In this document: one piece after another, positions 28,415-44,268 of the stretch
Layout of the letters: each line of letters begins with the position of its first letter
Position numbering within the stretch: position 1 is the first letter of the stretch
Assembly: GCA_964016885.1 (NCBI GenBank)
Contig: OZ024751.1
Span: 42,284,001 to 42,348,000, forward strand
Origin: Eledone cirrhosa
Lineage: Eukaryota
Length of the DNA: 64,000 nt
Direction: 5' to 3'
Made by a program: the position numbers and the translations under genes
The notes under the pieces: model-generated
What the model was told of the DNA's origin: nothing
What the model saw: the letters and a program-made list of their open reading frames with translations, nothing else
The model's database searches: none

Positions 28415-29425
28415 TAATGGTTTCTGATATAAGCACAAGGCCAGCAACATTTTGATTAAATCAACCCCAGTGTGTTACTGGTACTTTATTTTATCGACCC
28501 CGACAGTACAAAAGGTAATGTTAACCTCGGCGACATTTGAACTCAGAATATAAAGGGACGCAACTCTATGTCGCCAAGCATGTTGTCCAACGTTCTACCG
28601 ATACTACATATGATGATGATGATGATGATGATAATAATAATAATAGTTTCTGATTCAGGCACAAGGTCAGCAATTTCTTGGGGAGGGGGGGGGGGGGGGG
28701 GTCGATTACGTCAAACAGTGTATTACTGGTACTTTATTTAACCGACCCCGTAAGGTTGAAAGGCAAAGCTAAGCTCGGCGGTATTTTAACCCAGAATGTA
28801 AAGGGCCGTAACTCTATGCCGCAAAGCATGTGCAACGCTCTGCCAACTCTACATATGATAATAATAATAATTGTTTCTACTTTTGGCACAAGGCCAGCAA
28901 TTACACAGTGTATTACTGGTACTTTATTTTATCGACCCCCGTAAGGATGAAAGGCAAAGTCAACCTCGGCGGGATTATGGTAATAATAATAATGGTTTCT
29001 TATATAGGCACAAGGCCAGTAATTTGGGGAGGGGGGGGGGCGTTTAAATCGACCCCAGTGCGGGACTGGTACTTTATTTTATCGACCCTCCAGTAAGGAT
29101 GAAAGGCAAAGTTAAGCTCGGCGGGATTTGAACTCAGAATGTAAAGGGCCGCACCTCTATGCCGTAAAGCATGTGCAACGCTGTCGACTACATATGATAA
29201 TAATAATAATAATAATTGTTTCTACTTTTGGCACAAGGCCAGCAATTACCCAGTACATTACTGGTACTTTATTTTATCGACCCTCCAGTAAGGATGAAAG
29301 GCAAAGTCAACCTCGGCTGGATTTGAACTCAGACAGTAAAGGGACGTAACTATGCCATAATAATAATAATTGTTTCTACTTTTGGCACAAGGCCAGCAAT
29401 TTAAATCCAGTGTATTACTGGTACA
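28415..29425 (-). mobile_element. Array of about six head-to-tail family 1 SINE copies or fragments
   Basis: Repeated GGCACAAGGCCAG...TACTGGTACTTTATTT...GAAAGGCAAAG units separated by (AAT)n. Confidence 0.85.
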
Positions 29426-30850
29426 TAATCATTATTTCTACTTTAGGAACAATAATAACATCATCAGTAACAGTTAATACTGAAGGGTTAACAAACAAGA
29501 CATGGTTGCTGATAAGATGGCAGAGAAAAAGACTTGGAAACTGTTGCTTGGATGTTCCAAGCAACAACGTCCATTTGTAGAAAAAGCGCAATAACTTTTC
29601 ACATATCACCCTTAAACAGCATCGATACTGACTTCGATTTGAACGGTTCTGAATAATTAACCGAACTATCATCCAATCACTGCATCGATAGTGGATATAG
29701 TAAGTGGGCGGTGCAGCATACATCGACCCACTTTTGACAAATATAATGAAAGATCGATAAAGTATATAATCTCACCCCCAACCCACCAACACAACATAAC
29801 CCATCCATCCACTTCGGGGGGAGAGAGAGAGAGAGAGAGAGAGACAAGCGTACAACGAGGGTGATAGTGGGGAAGGTGCGTGCGTGCTAGTGAGGGAGAT
29901 GTATGCATGCGTGCATGTTTGTGTGTTTGAGCGTGCGTACGTAACATGCGTGTGTGTGAGAGCGTACGTAACATGCGTGTGTGTGAGAGCGTACGTACAT
30001 GAGTGTGTGTGTGTGTGTGTGTGAGAGAACGTACGTACATGAGCGTGTGTGTGTGTGTGCTTACATGCATGTGTGTGCTTACATGCATGTGTGTATGTGA
30101 GAGAGAGAGAGAGCGAGAGAGCGAGCGTGCGTAATGCGTGTGTGTGTGTGCGTGCTTACATGCATGTGTGTGTGTGAGCGTGCTTACATGCGTGTGTATA
30201 TGTAAGATAGAGATAGATACGGAGGTTACGCGGAGATATATATGTAGATAAAATAAAATAAATAAAAAAGTGCGAGGAGAGGAAAATTGATTTTAAAAGA
30301 AAAAAAAAAAAAAAAGATGAGGGGGGGGGGATTGATAGTGTTAATATAATACTAATAACAACAACAATAATAAGTAGTAGAGTTGATGGAGAGGAAGGCA
30401 GTAGTAAGACAGAGGAAAACAATACACAACGATCCGTAACTATTGCTACGGTAACCTCTCAGTGCTGTGTCACATTACTTCAGATAGTTATAACTTTGTA
30501 TCTATCTTTATAAACGTGCGCGCCTTTGCGTGTGTGTGTGTGTCTGTCTGTGTGTGTGTGTATATTAGAGATGTATACTGCTAAGATACATGTGGGTGTG
30601 TATGTGTGTGCGTGTTTATATATATCTATATATATATTATAGAGGTGTATATTGCTAAGATACATATGGGTGTGTGCGTGTTTATATATATCTATATATA
30701 TTATAGAGGTGTATATTGCTAATATGCATGTATGCATGTGGGTATGTATGTATGTACGTATATATATATATATACACAAATAAAATAGAGTTATTAACTC
30801 ATATTGATACCCTGCAATTAACAAGCTCAAAGAATAAATACTGAGCATTA

Positions 30851-31040
30851 GGCGGTGGATTGGCAATATCGGTAGAGGGTCGGACGCCATGCTTTGCAGC
30901 ACAGTTACGTCCCTTTACGGACTGAGTTCAAATCCCGCCGAGGTTGACTTTGCCTTTCATCCTTACGATGTCGATAAAATAAAGTACCAGTAATGCACTG
31001 TGTAATTGCTGGCCTTGTGCCAAAAGTAGAAACAATTATT
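30851..31040 (+). mobile_element. Full-length tRNA-derived SINE, family 1 (Nin-like central domain); over 20 copies or fragments in window
   Basis: A box TGGCAATATCGG, B box GAGTTCAAATCC, GCCTTTCATCC..GTCGATAAAATAAAGTACCAG core, (ATT)n tail. Other copies near 4080, 9560, 11630, 17060, 17905, 18105, 25511, 32310, 33110, 36068, 44830, 45680, 49387, 50165, 54410, 57215, 59825. Confidence 0.85.
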
Positions 31041-31043
31041 ATA

Positions 31044-31090
<47 letters not shown>

Positions 31091-31323
31091 GCGTATACTA
31101 CTAAGATACATGCGTGTGTGTCTGTGTACTGCTAATATACAGTATATATACATGTATGTATTTATATTATAGGTGTATATTGCTAATATGCATCGGTATG
31201 TGTAAGCATGTGGACGTGCAATGTCGACGCCTTCATACACACAAATGCAGGAATATGGCAATAACTAACGAAAGCGATAGTGTGAGTTTACAGCAAGATT
31301 AAATTTTAAAAAAGCTTTTATTG

Positions 31324-31392
<69 letters not shown>

Positions 31393-31501
31393 AGATTCCT
31401 ATAAACAGTAGCCATATTGTACGAAAGAAGTAAGCCTGCTAATTATAATTATAAAATAAAAAAAATAACAATAAAGAATTCTAGCAAAGATGTGTGTAGT
31501 T

Positions 31502-31536
<35 letters not shown>

Positions 31537-32838
31537 CGAATTCCAATATATATATAAATACTTTCTTACGTAAAGTAAAAAGTGAATGTTTAAGGTTTAA
31601 GGCGTTTTGAGGGGAATTTAGTAAGACAAAAATAATCATTTCTACCAACTAAACAATAACAATGATGAGAATAAGAATAAATCTAACAGACAGACATGGA
31701 AAGGGTTAAAATGTCAGAAAACAACTGGAATAGATTTCTGAATAGCAGAAGATAAGACACGAACAATTATTTCTTCAAACGTAAACGACATCAGGGTTTT
31801 ATTTAATTTAAATACAAGAGTAATATTGTTTGAAGCTAAGTAGTTTTAAAAGTAAGAGACTGTTTATGTTATTGGTGTTTTATTATTATTTTTTTCTGAG
31901 CTGATTGAATTGAATCTAGGTAACTGTTTAAGTATTTAGAGCTCAGAATTTAGATACAATGAAACATTTAGATCGACCTTCTGCCTCACCCCCGCCTGCC
32001 CTCCACAAATGAAACCACAACGATATGTATATGTGTTTATATATATATATATACATATATATTATATACACACACATCCTTATGTGTTATAAATATATAA
32101 CACAAGACGATTTCCTTATTATAAACACTACCATGTAAGCTGCAGGATGTTGTGGCGTTCATGCCTTTTTCTTAAAGTCAATAAGTAACTTCTCAATTAA
32201 AATTAATAAATATTCTTGATATTATAGAGAACATTTTTTTTTTAATGTCCAACTGGAAAGAGATGCAGTCTACAAGGATTTAATGACTGCATAACAACTA
32301 CTATGAAATAATTATTTCTAGTATAGGCACAAGGCCAGTAATTTAGGGTGGGGTGGGGTTTAAATCGACCCCAGTGCGGGACTGGTACTTTATTTTATTG
32401 ACCTCCAGTAAGGATGGAAGGCACAGCAAACCTCGGTGGGATTTGAGCTGAGAACGTGAAGGGCCATAAAAATAATTATAATAAAAATAATAATAATAAT
32501 AACGATATATTTATGTAGGCTAACACCGCCAATGAACCCCCAGGGGGGGAAGTAACACTTTTACTCCTGGTTGAGTTTAAACTCATGGGAGTTTATCAAA
32601 AATAGATATTATGAATCATCGAATGCTGCTGTAAACCATTATCAGCACTTTGTTCAATCTCAATATAACAGAGTTTACATGGTGATGGGAACAAAACAAT
32701 CTTTGGCTTTAAAGGGTGAGCAGAGTGGATGAGGTGGGGGGGGGGGGCATTGCGACGACCAAGCCCTTTATTAATTGGTATTTAAAGTAATCGAAGCAAA
32801 TCCTATAGAAATCAGATCGTCGATACAGGGGTGGGAGT

Positions 32839-32881
<43 letters not shown>

Positions 32882-33520
32882 TAGATAATGAAACAGTGGA
32901 TGTTTTTTTCTTTCCAGCAGTGGAGAATGGTGAAGTTGTGTCGTTCATGTAGTAATATTTAACAAAAAATAAAATACAAGGAACGTGACTAAATGCCGCA
33001 AAACGTTGTTGTCCAACGCTCTACCGATTCTGCTGCCATTAACAATACATCTTATATTTTAAATAATTCACTTCACTTCACTTGGGAGACGAAGGTGTTC
33101 TTTCTAATAATAATAATTGTTTCTACTTTTGGCACAAGGCCAGCAATTACCTCCAGTGTATTACTGGTACTTTATTTTATCAACCCCGTAAGGATGAAAG
33201 GCAAAGTTAACCTCGGCGGGAATTGAATTCAGAATAATAATAAGAAGAAGAATCGATTTATTAAAATCATTAAGTAATCTATTTATTTGTTCATCGATAA
33301 TCTATATTCATACACATGGCTAAGGGAAGCGGGAATATCAGGGAAACAACAAGAAAACTTAGAACAAACATTTCAAACACATTACTCTTATTTTTCATTT
33401 TACTTTCATTTTTTGAAAACAGGCGAACGAACAAATACAAAATTCCAAACCAATATTATGAAAAAAAAAAATAATAATAACAAAAAAAAAAAAAAAAGAA
33501 ATTAATAACAATAAACTTCA

Positions 33521-33655
33521 AAATAAAAATAAAAATAAAAATAAAAATAAAAATAAAAATAAAAATAAAAATAAAAATAAAAATAAAAATAAAAATAAAA
33601 ATAAAAATAAAAATAAAAATAAAAATAAAAATAAAAATAAAAAATAAAATAAAAA
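33521..33655. repeat. (AAAATA)n microsatellite
   Basis: Read directly from the sequence. Confidence 0.95.
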
Positions 33656-33682
33656 CAAAAAACAAAAAACAAAGTCACTTAC

Positions 33683-33747
33683 CTTTTGGCAAACATTCTT
33701 CCTTTTTCAAAGTTATCATCAGGCTGTAAATGTTGGTGACCAGACAT
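33683..33747 (-). CDS. Putative first coding exon of an unidentified gene (MSGHQHLQPDDNFEKGRMFAK-R/S, phase 2)
   Basis: ATCAAA-ATG start context, consensus AG|GTAAGT donor, about 1 kb downstream of a CCAAT-rich promoter and a CpG-containing leader. Confidence 0.5.
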
Positions 33748-34185
33748 TTTGATGGTTCCGCCGTATATTGCGGAAATCATCTTATTAGAATAAACACAGT
33801 TCATTTCTTGCAGCAGTTGTAGTGAATAAGGAAGGTGCACAGTGCACAAGATGGGGGTGAGGATCGGGATCAAAGGATCAAAGAGATTCGTTCCGCTGAC
33901 GTATGTTGTTTTTTTTTTGTTTTTGTTTTTGTTTGTTTAAAAAAAAAAAGGGTGGGTGACTGACACAAACAGAAAATAGTTGATACTCGGTTGGTTGATG
34001 GTAGATGATGATGATGGTTGTGGTGGTGGTGGTGGTGGTGGGTGTGTGGTGATTGAGTGGGTGGATTTTCGTAAGAAGAAGTTGCGTGACACCTTTGGCA
34101 CATGTACTCTGTCTGTTTGTCTGTTCCAGGGTGGTGACGGAAAAACAATCGCTAATTAATATATAATATAATATAATATAATATA

Positions 34186-34218
<33 letters not shown>

Positions 34219-34262
34219 ATTGGCCGGAGAACGTTGACTTAATACCAGCGATCTTCGGGACT

Positions 34263-34294
<32 letters not shown>

Positions 34295-34739
34295 GCCGCG
34301 AGAAATGCGTATAATTCGAGAAGAGAAAGGGGACTTTGGTCAAAGTGTGTAAGGACTAGTTAGTTAGCACCATCCGGAAAAAGGAAAGGGCCGCGGTTCT
34401 TTTTTTTTTTTTTTTTTTTTTTGACGACGGGGGTCATTGCCCAGAACGCGTAGTAAAAGCTGCGCTTTTTTTTCTCTTTCATTTTTTATCATTCTCAGCT
34501 TCCACCTCATCCTTCTCCTCCTCCTCCTTCTCCTCTCATCATCATCATCATAACAGTACCTCCATACTGCTGTTGTTGTATATTATTAGTATATTAGTGC
34601 AGTTTTCATCACCACAAATCGTTCTACTATAAGCAGAGGGCTGGTTGTTGGCGCCTGGTATTGTTGCTGCTGCAGTTGGCCGAAAGCCAAGCAGGTCAAC
34701 TTTTCTGCACTCCTCCGTCTCATTATTAACCATTATGGA

Positions 34740-34925
34740 AGAAGCTTTCTCATTAACATAAGCATATCGGCAGGGACTTTCGACTCACCAATCGAACGGA
34801 TCGAACTGTATGACATCAGTGGAAGAGAGAATCTGATTGCCCAATCAATGGGCGTTGACCGATTTATTAGCATATTATCATTAGGAGAACACTAGTGACA
34901 ACCAATCGAATGGCGTTGACCGACT
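34740..34925 (-). promoter_or_regulatory. Putative promoter with several CCAAT boxes and a CRE-like TGACATCA
   Basis: CCAATC at about 34788, 34842 and 34902; TGACATCA at about 34811; duplicated GGCGTTGACCGA; CpG enrichment relative to the flanks. Confidence 0.45.
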
Positions 34926-35126
34926 TTTTACTTCTAGGAGAAATATTATAAGCAAGCCAGGAAGTTTTTTTTGTCTTTTTTTCCCTTTCTTTCTCTCTCT
35001 CATTGTTGTATATTTTCATCTTAAACGTAACATGCCAATAAAAGGTTAAATAGATATAATAAGAAAACTGACTGATTGATTTTATGTATGTATATATATA
35101 CATACATATAGAAATGATATAGAAAT

Positions 35127-35177
35127 GGGTTCTACAGGAATAGAACTGTTTCATTCGAAAGAAATCATCTGGAAAGC
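35127..35177 (-). mobile_element. Family A hammerhead relic (core mutated to CAGAUGA)
   Basis: Homologous to 44329-44377 but with a substitution in the catalytic core. Confidence 0.5.
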
Positions 35178-35288
35178 CGACAGACACACTAAATATTGAA
35201 GAATGTATCAATTAACAAATAAGTGCGGAACGATAAATAAGAGCAAAAATAATGAAAGACTTTGTGAGAGAGAGAGAGAGAGAGAGAG

Positions 35289-35387
<99 letters not shown>

Positions 35388-35488
35388 ATTTTTAGATTGA
35401 TCTTTAAAATATCAAAAATAGAAATAGTTTAACGATATCCATAATTATCATTGTAACCTATGGAATAAAATGGAAATGCATTTATTCG

Positions 35489-35542
<54 letters not shown>

Positions 35543-36140
35543 GCCACTTTAACTACTAAACATCAGTGATGAACTAAAACACGAGAGTGAGAAAAAAATA
35601 ATTCTATATAAAAATTGTAAATCCACATGACAAGGTCATTTGAGAGATAAAACATTTTAGTCTCAGGTATTTCGGGAAAAGAGAGAGAGAAAAAAATATA
35701 TATAAAGATTATTATTATTATTTGCACATTGTGCGAGATTCTTAAAATATAAAATATTCTTAGAAAAAAAGGAAAAAAAAACAAACAAACAAGGAATTAA
35801 AGGGGGAAATATTGAAGTATTGAATTCTTGAAGAATTACGCAATATAACCGCAAAATTGTTTTAGATACACAGCTAGAAATATTTCAAAAACGAATTGTT
35901 TTTGCGGTGGACTATTTTGGTCATTTTTGGTGAGAGCATAAATAACTCCAGAGTCCAAAAGAATGAAGCTTCTATTTCTAGATACCTATTTCCTCAAATT
36001 CATTTATTCTTACATATTATATCTTTCTAATATATATCTATATCTTAACTTAATATATATAATAATAATAATTGTTTCTACTTTTGGCACAAGGTCAGCA
36101 ATTATCCCAGTGTATTACTGGTACTTTATTTTATCGACCC

Positions 36141-36173
<33 letters not shown>

Positions 36174-36222
36174 TGTGTGTATATATGTATAAATATACAT
36201 ACATATATCTCTATATATAATA

Positions 36223-36262
<40 letters not shown>

Positions 36263-36370
36263 ATGTATATATATATATAAATAATGTATATATATATAAA
36301 TAATGTATATTTATGTATATATATTTGATATATACACACACACATATATATCTATAAATGTATATACGTA

Positions 36371-36408
<38 letters not shown>

Positions 36409-36485
36409 TATATATAAATAATGTATATTTATGTATATATATTTGATATATACACACACACATATATATCTATAAATGTATATAC

Positions 36486-36540
<55 letters not shown>

Positions 36541-37527
36541 ATAGAGAGAGGGGGGGGGGGGGCTTATATATATATATAAAAGAGAGGGGGGGCTTGTATA
36601 TTTATGTATATATACTTGATATGAGCGCGCCAAATGAAAAAAGTACGTGTGTATCTAAACAGCTGTAAACAATGCGATTTGGGGAGAAAAAAATGCGCTA
36701 TCGTGCGCGTGAGAGCGTGTATGATCGCGGGCACTTTGTGCACAATATCTACCAATATATACTATATATATATATACTATATATATATATATATATATAC
36801 TCTTCTTAAATACTTTCGAGAAAAAAAAAAAAAGCCTCGATAATATAACATTAATTTAAGAGTAAATTATTCTATATTTTCTGAATACTGTTGTTGTGGC
36901 CAACACGCAGAGAGAATATTATCGTAAAATAATATTTTAGATAAATAAATAAATAGATATTCGCGAGATTGATGTAGGTGTAGGTGTAGGTGTAGGGAAG
37001 GAGAGGTGTGAGATCTGGCTGTAAATAGAATGTGATTAGTTATTGAAATGAAATGAAATGATAGGAAAGGAAAGGAGAGGAGAGGAGAGGGGAGGAGAGG
37101 AAACGAGAGGTTTGATGAAAAAGTAGGAGCACCAGTGTAAATGTTTGAATATCATATCATCAGTGATGATGGCGGAGGTATCGGGGGGGAGGGGGATGAT
37201 GGGGGTGTCGGGGGGTGATGGTGGAGGTGTTGGAGGGGAGGAGGGGGGCTGGTTGAGTGGAGCAAAAAGGAAACGGGAGAGAAGAAATATTTGTGGCATG
37301 TCTGTCAATCATGGAGAAAAATGCTTGAAGATAAATGAATGCAGCCGTGATGCTGCATACCAACCAGCATGCCATGTTCACATCACAGACACCACCGCCG
37401 CCGCTACTGGCGATGACCACACCACCACCACCACCACCACCACCACCACTGTTTTCATACTCAGAGCCTATTACAACATCCAGACTTATTTATAAAGGTA
37501 CTGCCCCCTCTCCCTCCTGGCTCCCTC

Positions 37528-38635
37528 GCACACACATATATCTCCAAAACATACACACACATATATCTCCAAAACATACACACACACACATATATATCCA
37601 AAACATACACACACATATATCTCCAAAACATACACACACATATATCTCCAAAACATACACACACACACATATATATCCAAAACATACACACACATATATA
37701 TCCAAAACATACACACACACATATATATATCCAAAACATACACACACACATATATCTCCAAAACATACACACACATATATCTCCAAAACATACACACACA
37801 TATATCTCCAAAACATACACACACACACATATATATCCAAAACATACACACACATATATATCCAAAACATACACACACACATATATATATCCAAAACATA
37901 CACACACACATATATCTCCAAAACATACACACACATATATCTCCAAAACACACACACACATATATATCCAAAACATACACACACACATATATATCCAAAA
38001 CATACACACACATATATATCCATAACATACACACACACACATATAAATCCAAAACATACACACACACACACATATATATCCAAAACATACAGACACACAT
38101 ATAAATCCAAAACATACACACACATATAAATCCAAAAAACACACACACATATATATCCAAAAGATACACACACACATATATATCCAAAACATACATACAC
38201 ACATATAAATCCAAAACATACACACACACATATAAATCCAAAACATACACACACATATAAATCTAAAACATACACACACATATCCAAAACATACACGCAC
38301 ACATATATATCCAAAACATACACACACACACACACACATATAAATCCCAAACACACACACATATAAATCCAAAACATACACACACATATAAATCCAAAAC
38401 ACACACATATATATCCAAAACATACACACACACACATATATATCCAAAACATACAGACACACATATAAATCCAAAACATACACACACACATATAAATCCA
38501 AAACACACACACACATATATATCCAAAACATACACACACACATATATATATCCAAAACATACATACACACATATAAATCCAAAACATACACACATATATA
38601 TCCAAAACATACACACACACACATATATATCCAAA

Positions 38636-38675
<40 letters not shown>

Positions 38676-40495
38676 CCAAAACACACACACACATATATAT
38701 CCAAAACATACACACACACACATATATATCCAAAACATACACACACACACACACACACACATAAATCCAAACATACATACACACACAAATCCAAAACACA
38801 CACACATATAAATCCAAAACATACACACACACATATAAATCCAAAACATACACACACATATCCAAAACATACACACACACATATATATCCAAAACATACA
38901 CACACACATATATATCCAAAACATACACACACATATATATCCAAAACATACACACACACACACATATAAATCCCAAACACACACACATATAAATCCAAAA
39001 CATACACACACATATAAATCCAAAACATACACACACATATCCAAAACATACACACACACATATATATCCAAAACATACACACACACATATATATCCAAAA
39101 CATACACACACATATATATCCAAAACATACACACACACATATAAATCCCAAACACACACACATATAAATCCAAAACATACACACACATATAAATCCAAAA
39201 CATACACACACATATAAATCCAAAACACACACACATATATATCCAAAACATACACACACATATATATCCAAAACATACAGACACACATATAAATCCAAAA
39301 CATACACACACATATAAATCCAAAACACACACACACATATATATCCAAAACATACACACACACATATCCAAAACATACACACACGTAAATCCAAAACACA
39401 CACACACACATATATCCAAAACATACACACACACATATATATCCAAAACATACACACACATATATATCCAAAACATACACACACACACATATATATCCAA
39501 AACATACACACATATATATCCAAAACATACACACACATATATATCCAAAACATACACACACACATATATATCCAAAACACACACACACACACATATATAT
39601 CCAAAACATACATACACACATATATATCCAAAACATACATACACACATATATATCCAAAACATACACACACACATATAAATCCAAAACATACATACACAC
39701 ATATATATCCAAAACATACATACACACATATAAATCCAAAATATACATACACACATATAAATCCAAAACATACACACACACATATATATCCAAAACATAC
39801 ACACACACACATATATATCCAAAACATACACACACACACACACACATATATATCCAAAACACACACACATATATATCCAAAACATACACACACACATATA
39901 TATCCAAAACATGCACACACACATATATATCCAAAACACACACACACATAAATCCAAACATACATACACACATAAATCCAAAACACACACATATAAATCC
40001 AAAACATACACACACACATATAAATCCAAAACATACATACACACATATAAATCTAAAACATACACACACATATCCAAAACATACACACACACATATATAT
40101 CCAAAACATACACACACACACACATATAAATCCCAAACACACACACATATAAATCCAAAACATACACACACATATAAATCGAAAACATACACACATATAA
40201 ATCCAAAACATACACACACATATAAATCCAAAACACACACATATATATCCAAAACATACACACACACACATATAAATCCAAAACACACACACACATATAT
40301 ATCCAAAACATACACACATATATATCCAAAACACACACACACATATATATCCAAAACATACACACACACATATCCAAAACATACACACACGTAAATCCAA
40401 AACACACACATACATATATATCCAAAACATATACACACACACATATATATCCAAAACATACACACACACATATATATCCAAAACATACACACATA
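37528..40495. repeat. About 3-kb compound minisatellite (CATATATATCCAAAACATA(CA)n)
   Basis: On the order of 100 variable-length units. Confidence 0.95.
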
Positions 40496-40807
40496 CATAA
40501 TTAATAAGGAACTAAATAGAACATTACGTGTGTGTGTGTATATAAATAAGATATATATATATATATATATGTACATATGTATGTGTTTATCACACACACA
40601 CACACATATATATATATCTATGTACATATGTATGTGTTTATCACACACACACACATATATATATATCTATGTACATATGTATGTGTTTATCACACACACA
40701 CACATATATATATATCTATGTACATATGTATGTGTTTATCACACACACACACACACATATATATATGCTATCGAAACAGTAAAAGGTTAACCGAAGGATA
40801 GAAAATC

Positions 40808-40857
<50 letters not shown>

Positions 40858-40930
40858 AGTGTGTGTGTGTAAAAAGTAAACAGAAGTGTTTGTGTGTATG
40901 TATATATATATATTTTTTTTAAATATAGAA

Positions 40931-41028
40931 AAGGCTTCTACAGGACTAGAACTGTTTCATATTTATACTCTGCTTTGTATTGAGTACTTTACTTACTGTG
41001 GTTACTCCCAATTGAACCCGGGATAAAC
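40931..41028 (-). mobile_element. Family A element copy lacking the CUGAUGA half
   Basis: Leader plus ATGAAACAGTTCTAGTCCTGTAGAA; flanked by TA-rich microsatellites. Confidence 0.55.
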
Positions 41029-41041
41029 ATATATATACACT

Positions 41042-41089
<48 letters not shown>

Positions 41090-41201
41090 CACACACACAC
41101 ACACATATATATATATACATACACACATATATATATATATATACATACACATATATATATATATATATATATACACATACACATATATATATATATACAC
41201 T

Positions 41202-41263
<62 letters not shown>

Positions 41264-41629
41264 CATACACACATGTATATATATACATACACATATATAT
41301 ATATATATATACATACACTATATATATATATACATACACACATATATATATATATATATACATACACACATATATATATATATACACATACACACATATA
41401 TATATATACACATACACACATATATATATATATACATACACACATATATATATATATATACATACACATATATATATATATACACATATATATATATATA
41501 TACACATACACACATATATATATATATATACACATACACACATATATATATATATACACATACACACATATATATATATATACACATACACACATATATA
41601 TATATATATACACACACACATATATATAT

Positions 41630-41682
<53 letters not shown>

Positions 41683-41745
41683 TATATATATATATATACA
41701 CACACACACATATATATATATATATACACACACACATATATATAT

Positions 41746-41776
<31 letters not shown>

Positions 41777-42581
41777 CACACACATATATATATATATATA
41801 TACACACACACATATATATATATATACACACACACATATATATACACATACACACACACATATATATACACATACACACACATATATATATACACATACA
41901 CATATATATATACACACACACACACACACATATATATATACACACATATATATATACAAACATATATATATACACACACACACATATATATATACACACA
42001 CACACATATATATATATATACACACACATATATATATATACACACACACACATATATATACACACACATATATACACACACACACATATATATACACACA
42101 CACATATATACACACATATATACACACACATATATACACACACACACATATATACACACACACATATATACACACACACATATATACTCACACACACATA
42201 CACACACACACACACATATATCTATATATATATACACACATTAATTATAACGATATTATTGTGCACCACATACCAATAAAATGAAAATAAAGGTGTATGT
42301 GTGTGCGTGTGTGGAGGGGGGGGGGCTGTGTAGGTGGGTACTTCTGTGGTGATAGGACTATGATGTTGGGAGATATGATTTTCAGTAAGGTATGAAATTG
42401 AAAGTAAAATCAGTCAGCCATGTAAAGGTAATATGTGGAGTCGGTCATGAAGAGTTAGCTGTTAAAACACATCTCACACACATATGTATATATATATATA
42501 TATACACACACACATACATATAGGGGAAGAGTTAAGACCCCACGGCTGAGCTCCGGCCGTTTCGATAGCTATATCCGAATG

Positions 42582-42667
<86 letters not shown>

Positions 42668-42758
42668 GAGATAAGGATCCGTCCAACCCATGCAAGCGTG
42701 GAAAAACTGACGTAAAAACGGTGTTGACGATGATGAAATACACACACACACACATAAA

Positions 42759-42789
<31 letters not shown>

Positions 42790-42802
42790 TCATATATAAA
42801 TA

Positions 42803-42833
<31 letters not shown>

Positions 42834-44194
42834 TCATATATATATATATATACATATATATATATTCATATATATATATTCATATATATATATATATACA
42901 TATATATATATTCATATATATATATTCATATATATATATACACACATATATATATATACACACACACATATATATATATAATATACACACATATATATAT
43001 ATACATATATATATATAATATACACACATATATATATATATACACATATATATATAATATACACACATATATATAATATACACACATATATATATATATA
43101 CACATATATATATATACACATATATATATATACATACACATACATATATATATACACATACATATATACACATATATATATACATACACATACATATATA
43201 TATACACATATATATATATACATACACATACATATATATATACACATAAATACATATATATATATATACACATAAATACATATATATATATATACATAAA
43301 TACATATATATATATACACATAAATACATATATATATATACACATAAATACGTATATATATATATACACATAAATACATATATATATATATATACACATA
43401 AATACATATATATATATATACACATAAATACATATATATATATATACACATAAATACATATATATATATATACACATAAATACATATATATATATATATA
43501 CACACATAAATACATATATATACACATAAATACATATATATATATATACACACACATAAATACATATATATACACACATAAATACATATATATATATATA
43601 CACATAAATACATATATATATACACATAAATATATACACATAAATACATATATATATACACATAAATACGTATATATATATACACATAAATACATATATA
43701 TATATATATATACACATAAATACGTATATATATATACACATAAATACATATATATATATACACATAAATACATATATATATATACACATAAATACATATA
43801 TATATATACACATAAATACATATATATATATATACACATAAATACATATATATATATACACATAAATACATATATATATATATATATATATACACATAAA
43901 TACATATATATATATATATACACATAAATACATATATATATATATATATATACACATAAATACATATATATATATATACACATAAATACGTATATATATA
44001 TACACATAAATACGTATATATATATATACACATAAATACGTATATATACACATAAATACATATATATATATATACACATAAATACATATATATATATACA
44101 CATAAATACATATATATATATACACACATAAATACATATATATATACACACATAAATACATATATACACACATAAATACATATATATATATATA
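41029..44194. repeat. Extended (TA)n/(CA)n and TACACATAAATACA(TA)n microsatellite tracts with a short unique interruption (about 42240-42740)
   Basis: Read directly from the sequence. Confidence 0.95.
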
Positions 44195-44268
44195 CGTTGT
44201 TCCGGGTTGAATCGGAGGTAACCACAGTAAGTAAGGTACTCAATACATAGCAGAGTATAACAGTTTTA

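Noticed and set aside
33683-33747. Exon as an N-terminal extension of ADK (long isoform)
   Set aside because: Its phase-2 end is incompatible with both ADK acceptors (phase 0), and its phase-0 frame contains a TGA.
37335-44243. Very long ORFs (up to 1054 aa) rich in C/V/Y/I/M or H/T
   Set aside because: These are translations of TA/CA microsatellites that lack stop codons in several frames at once; there is no protein-like complexity.
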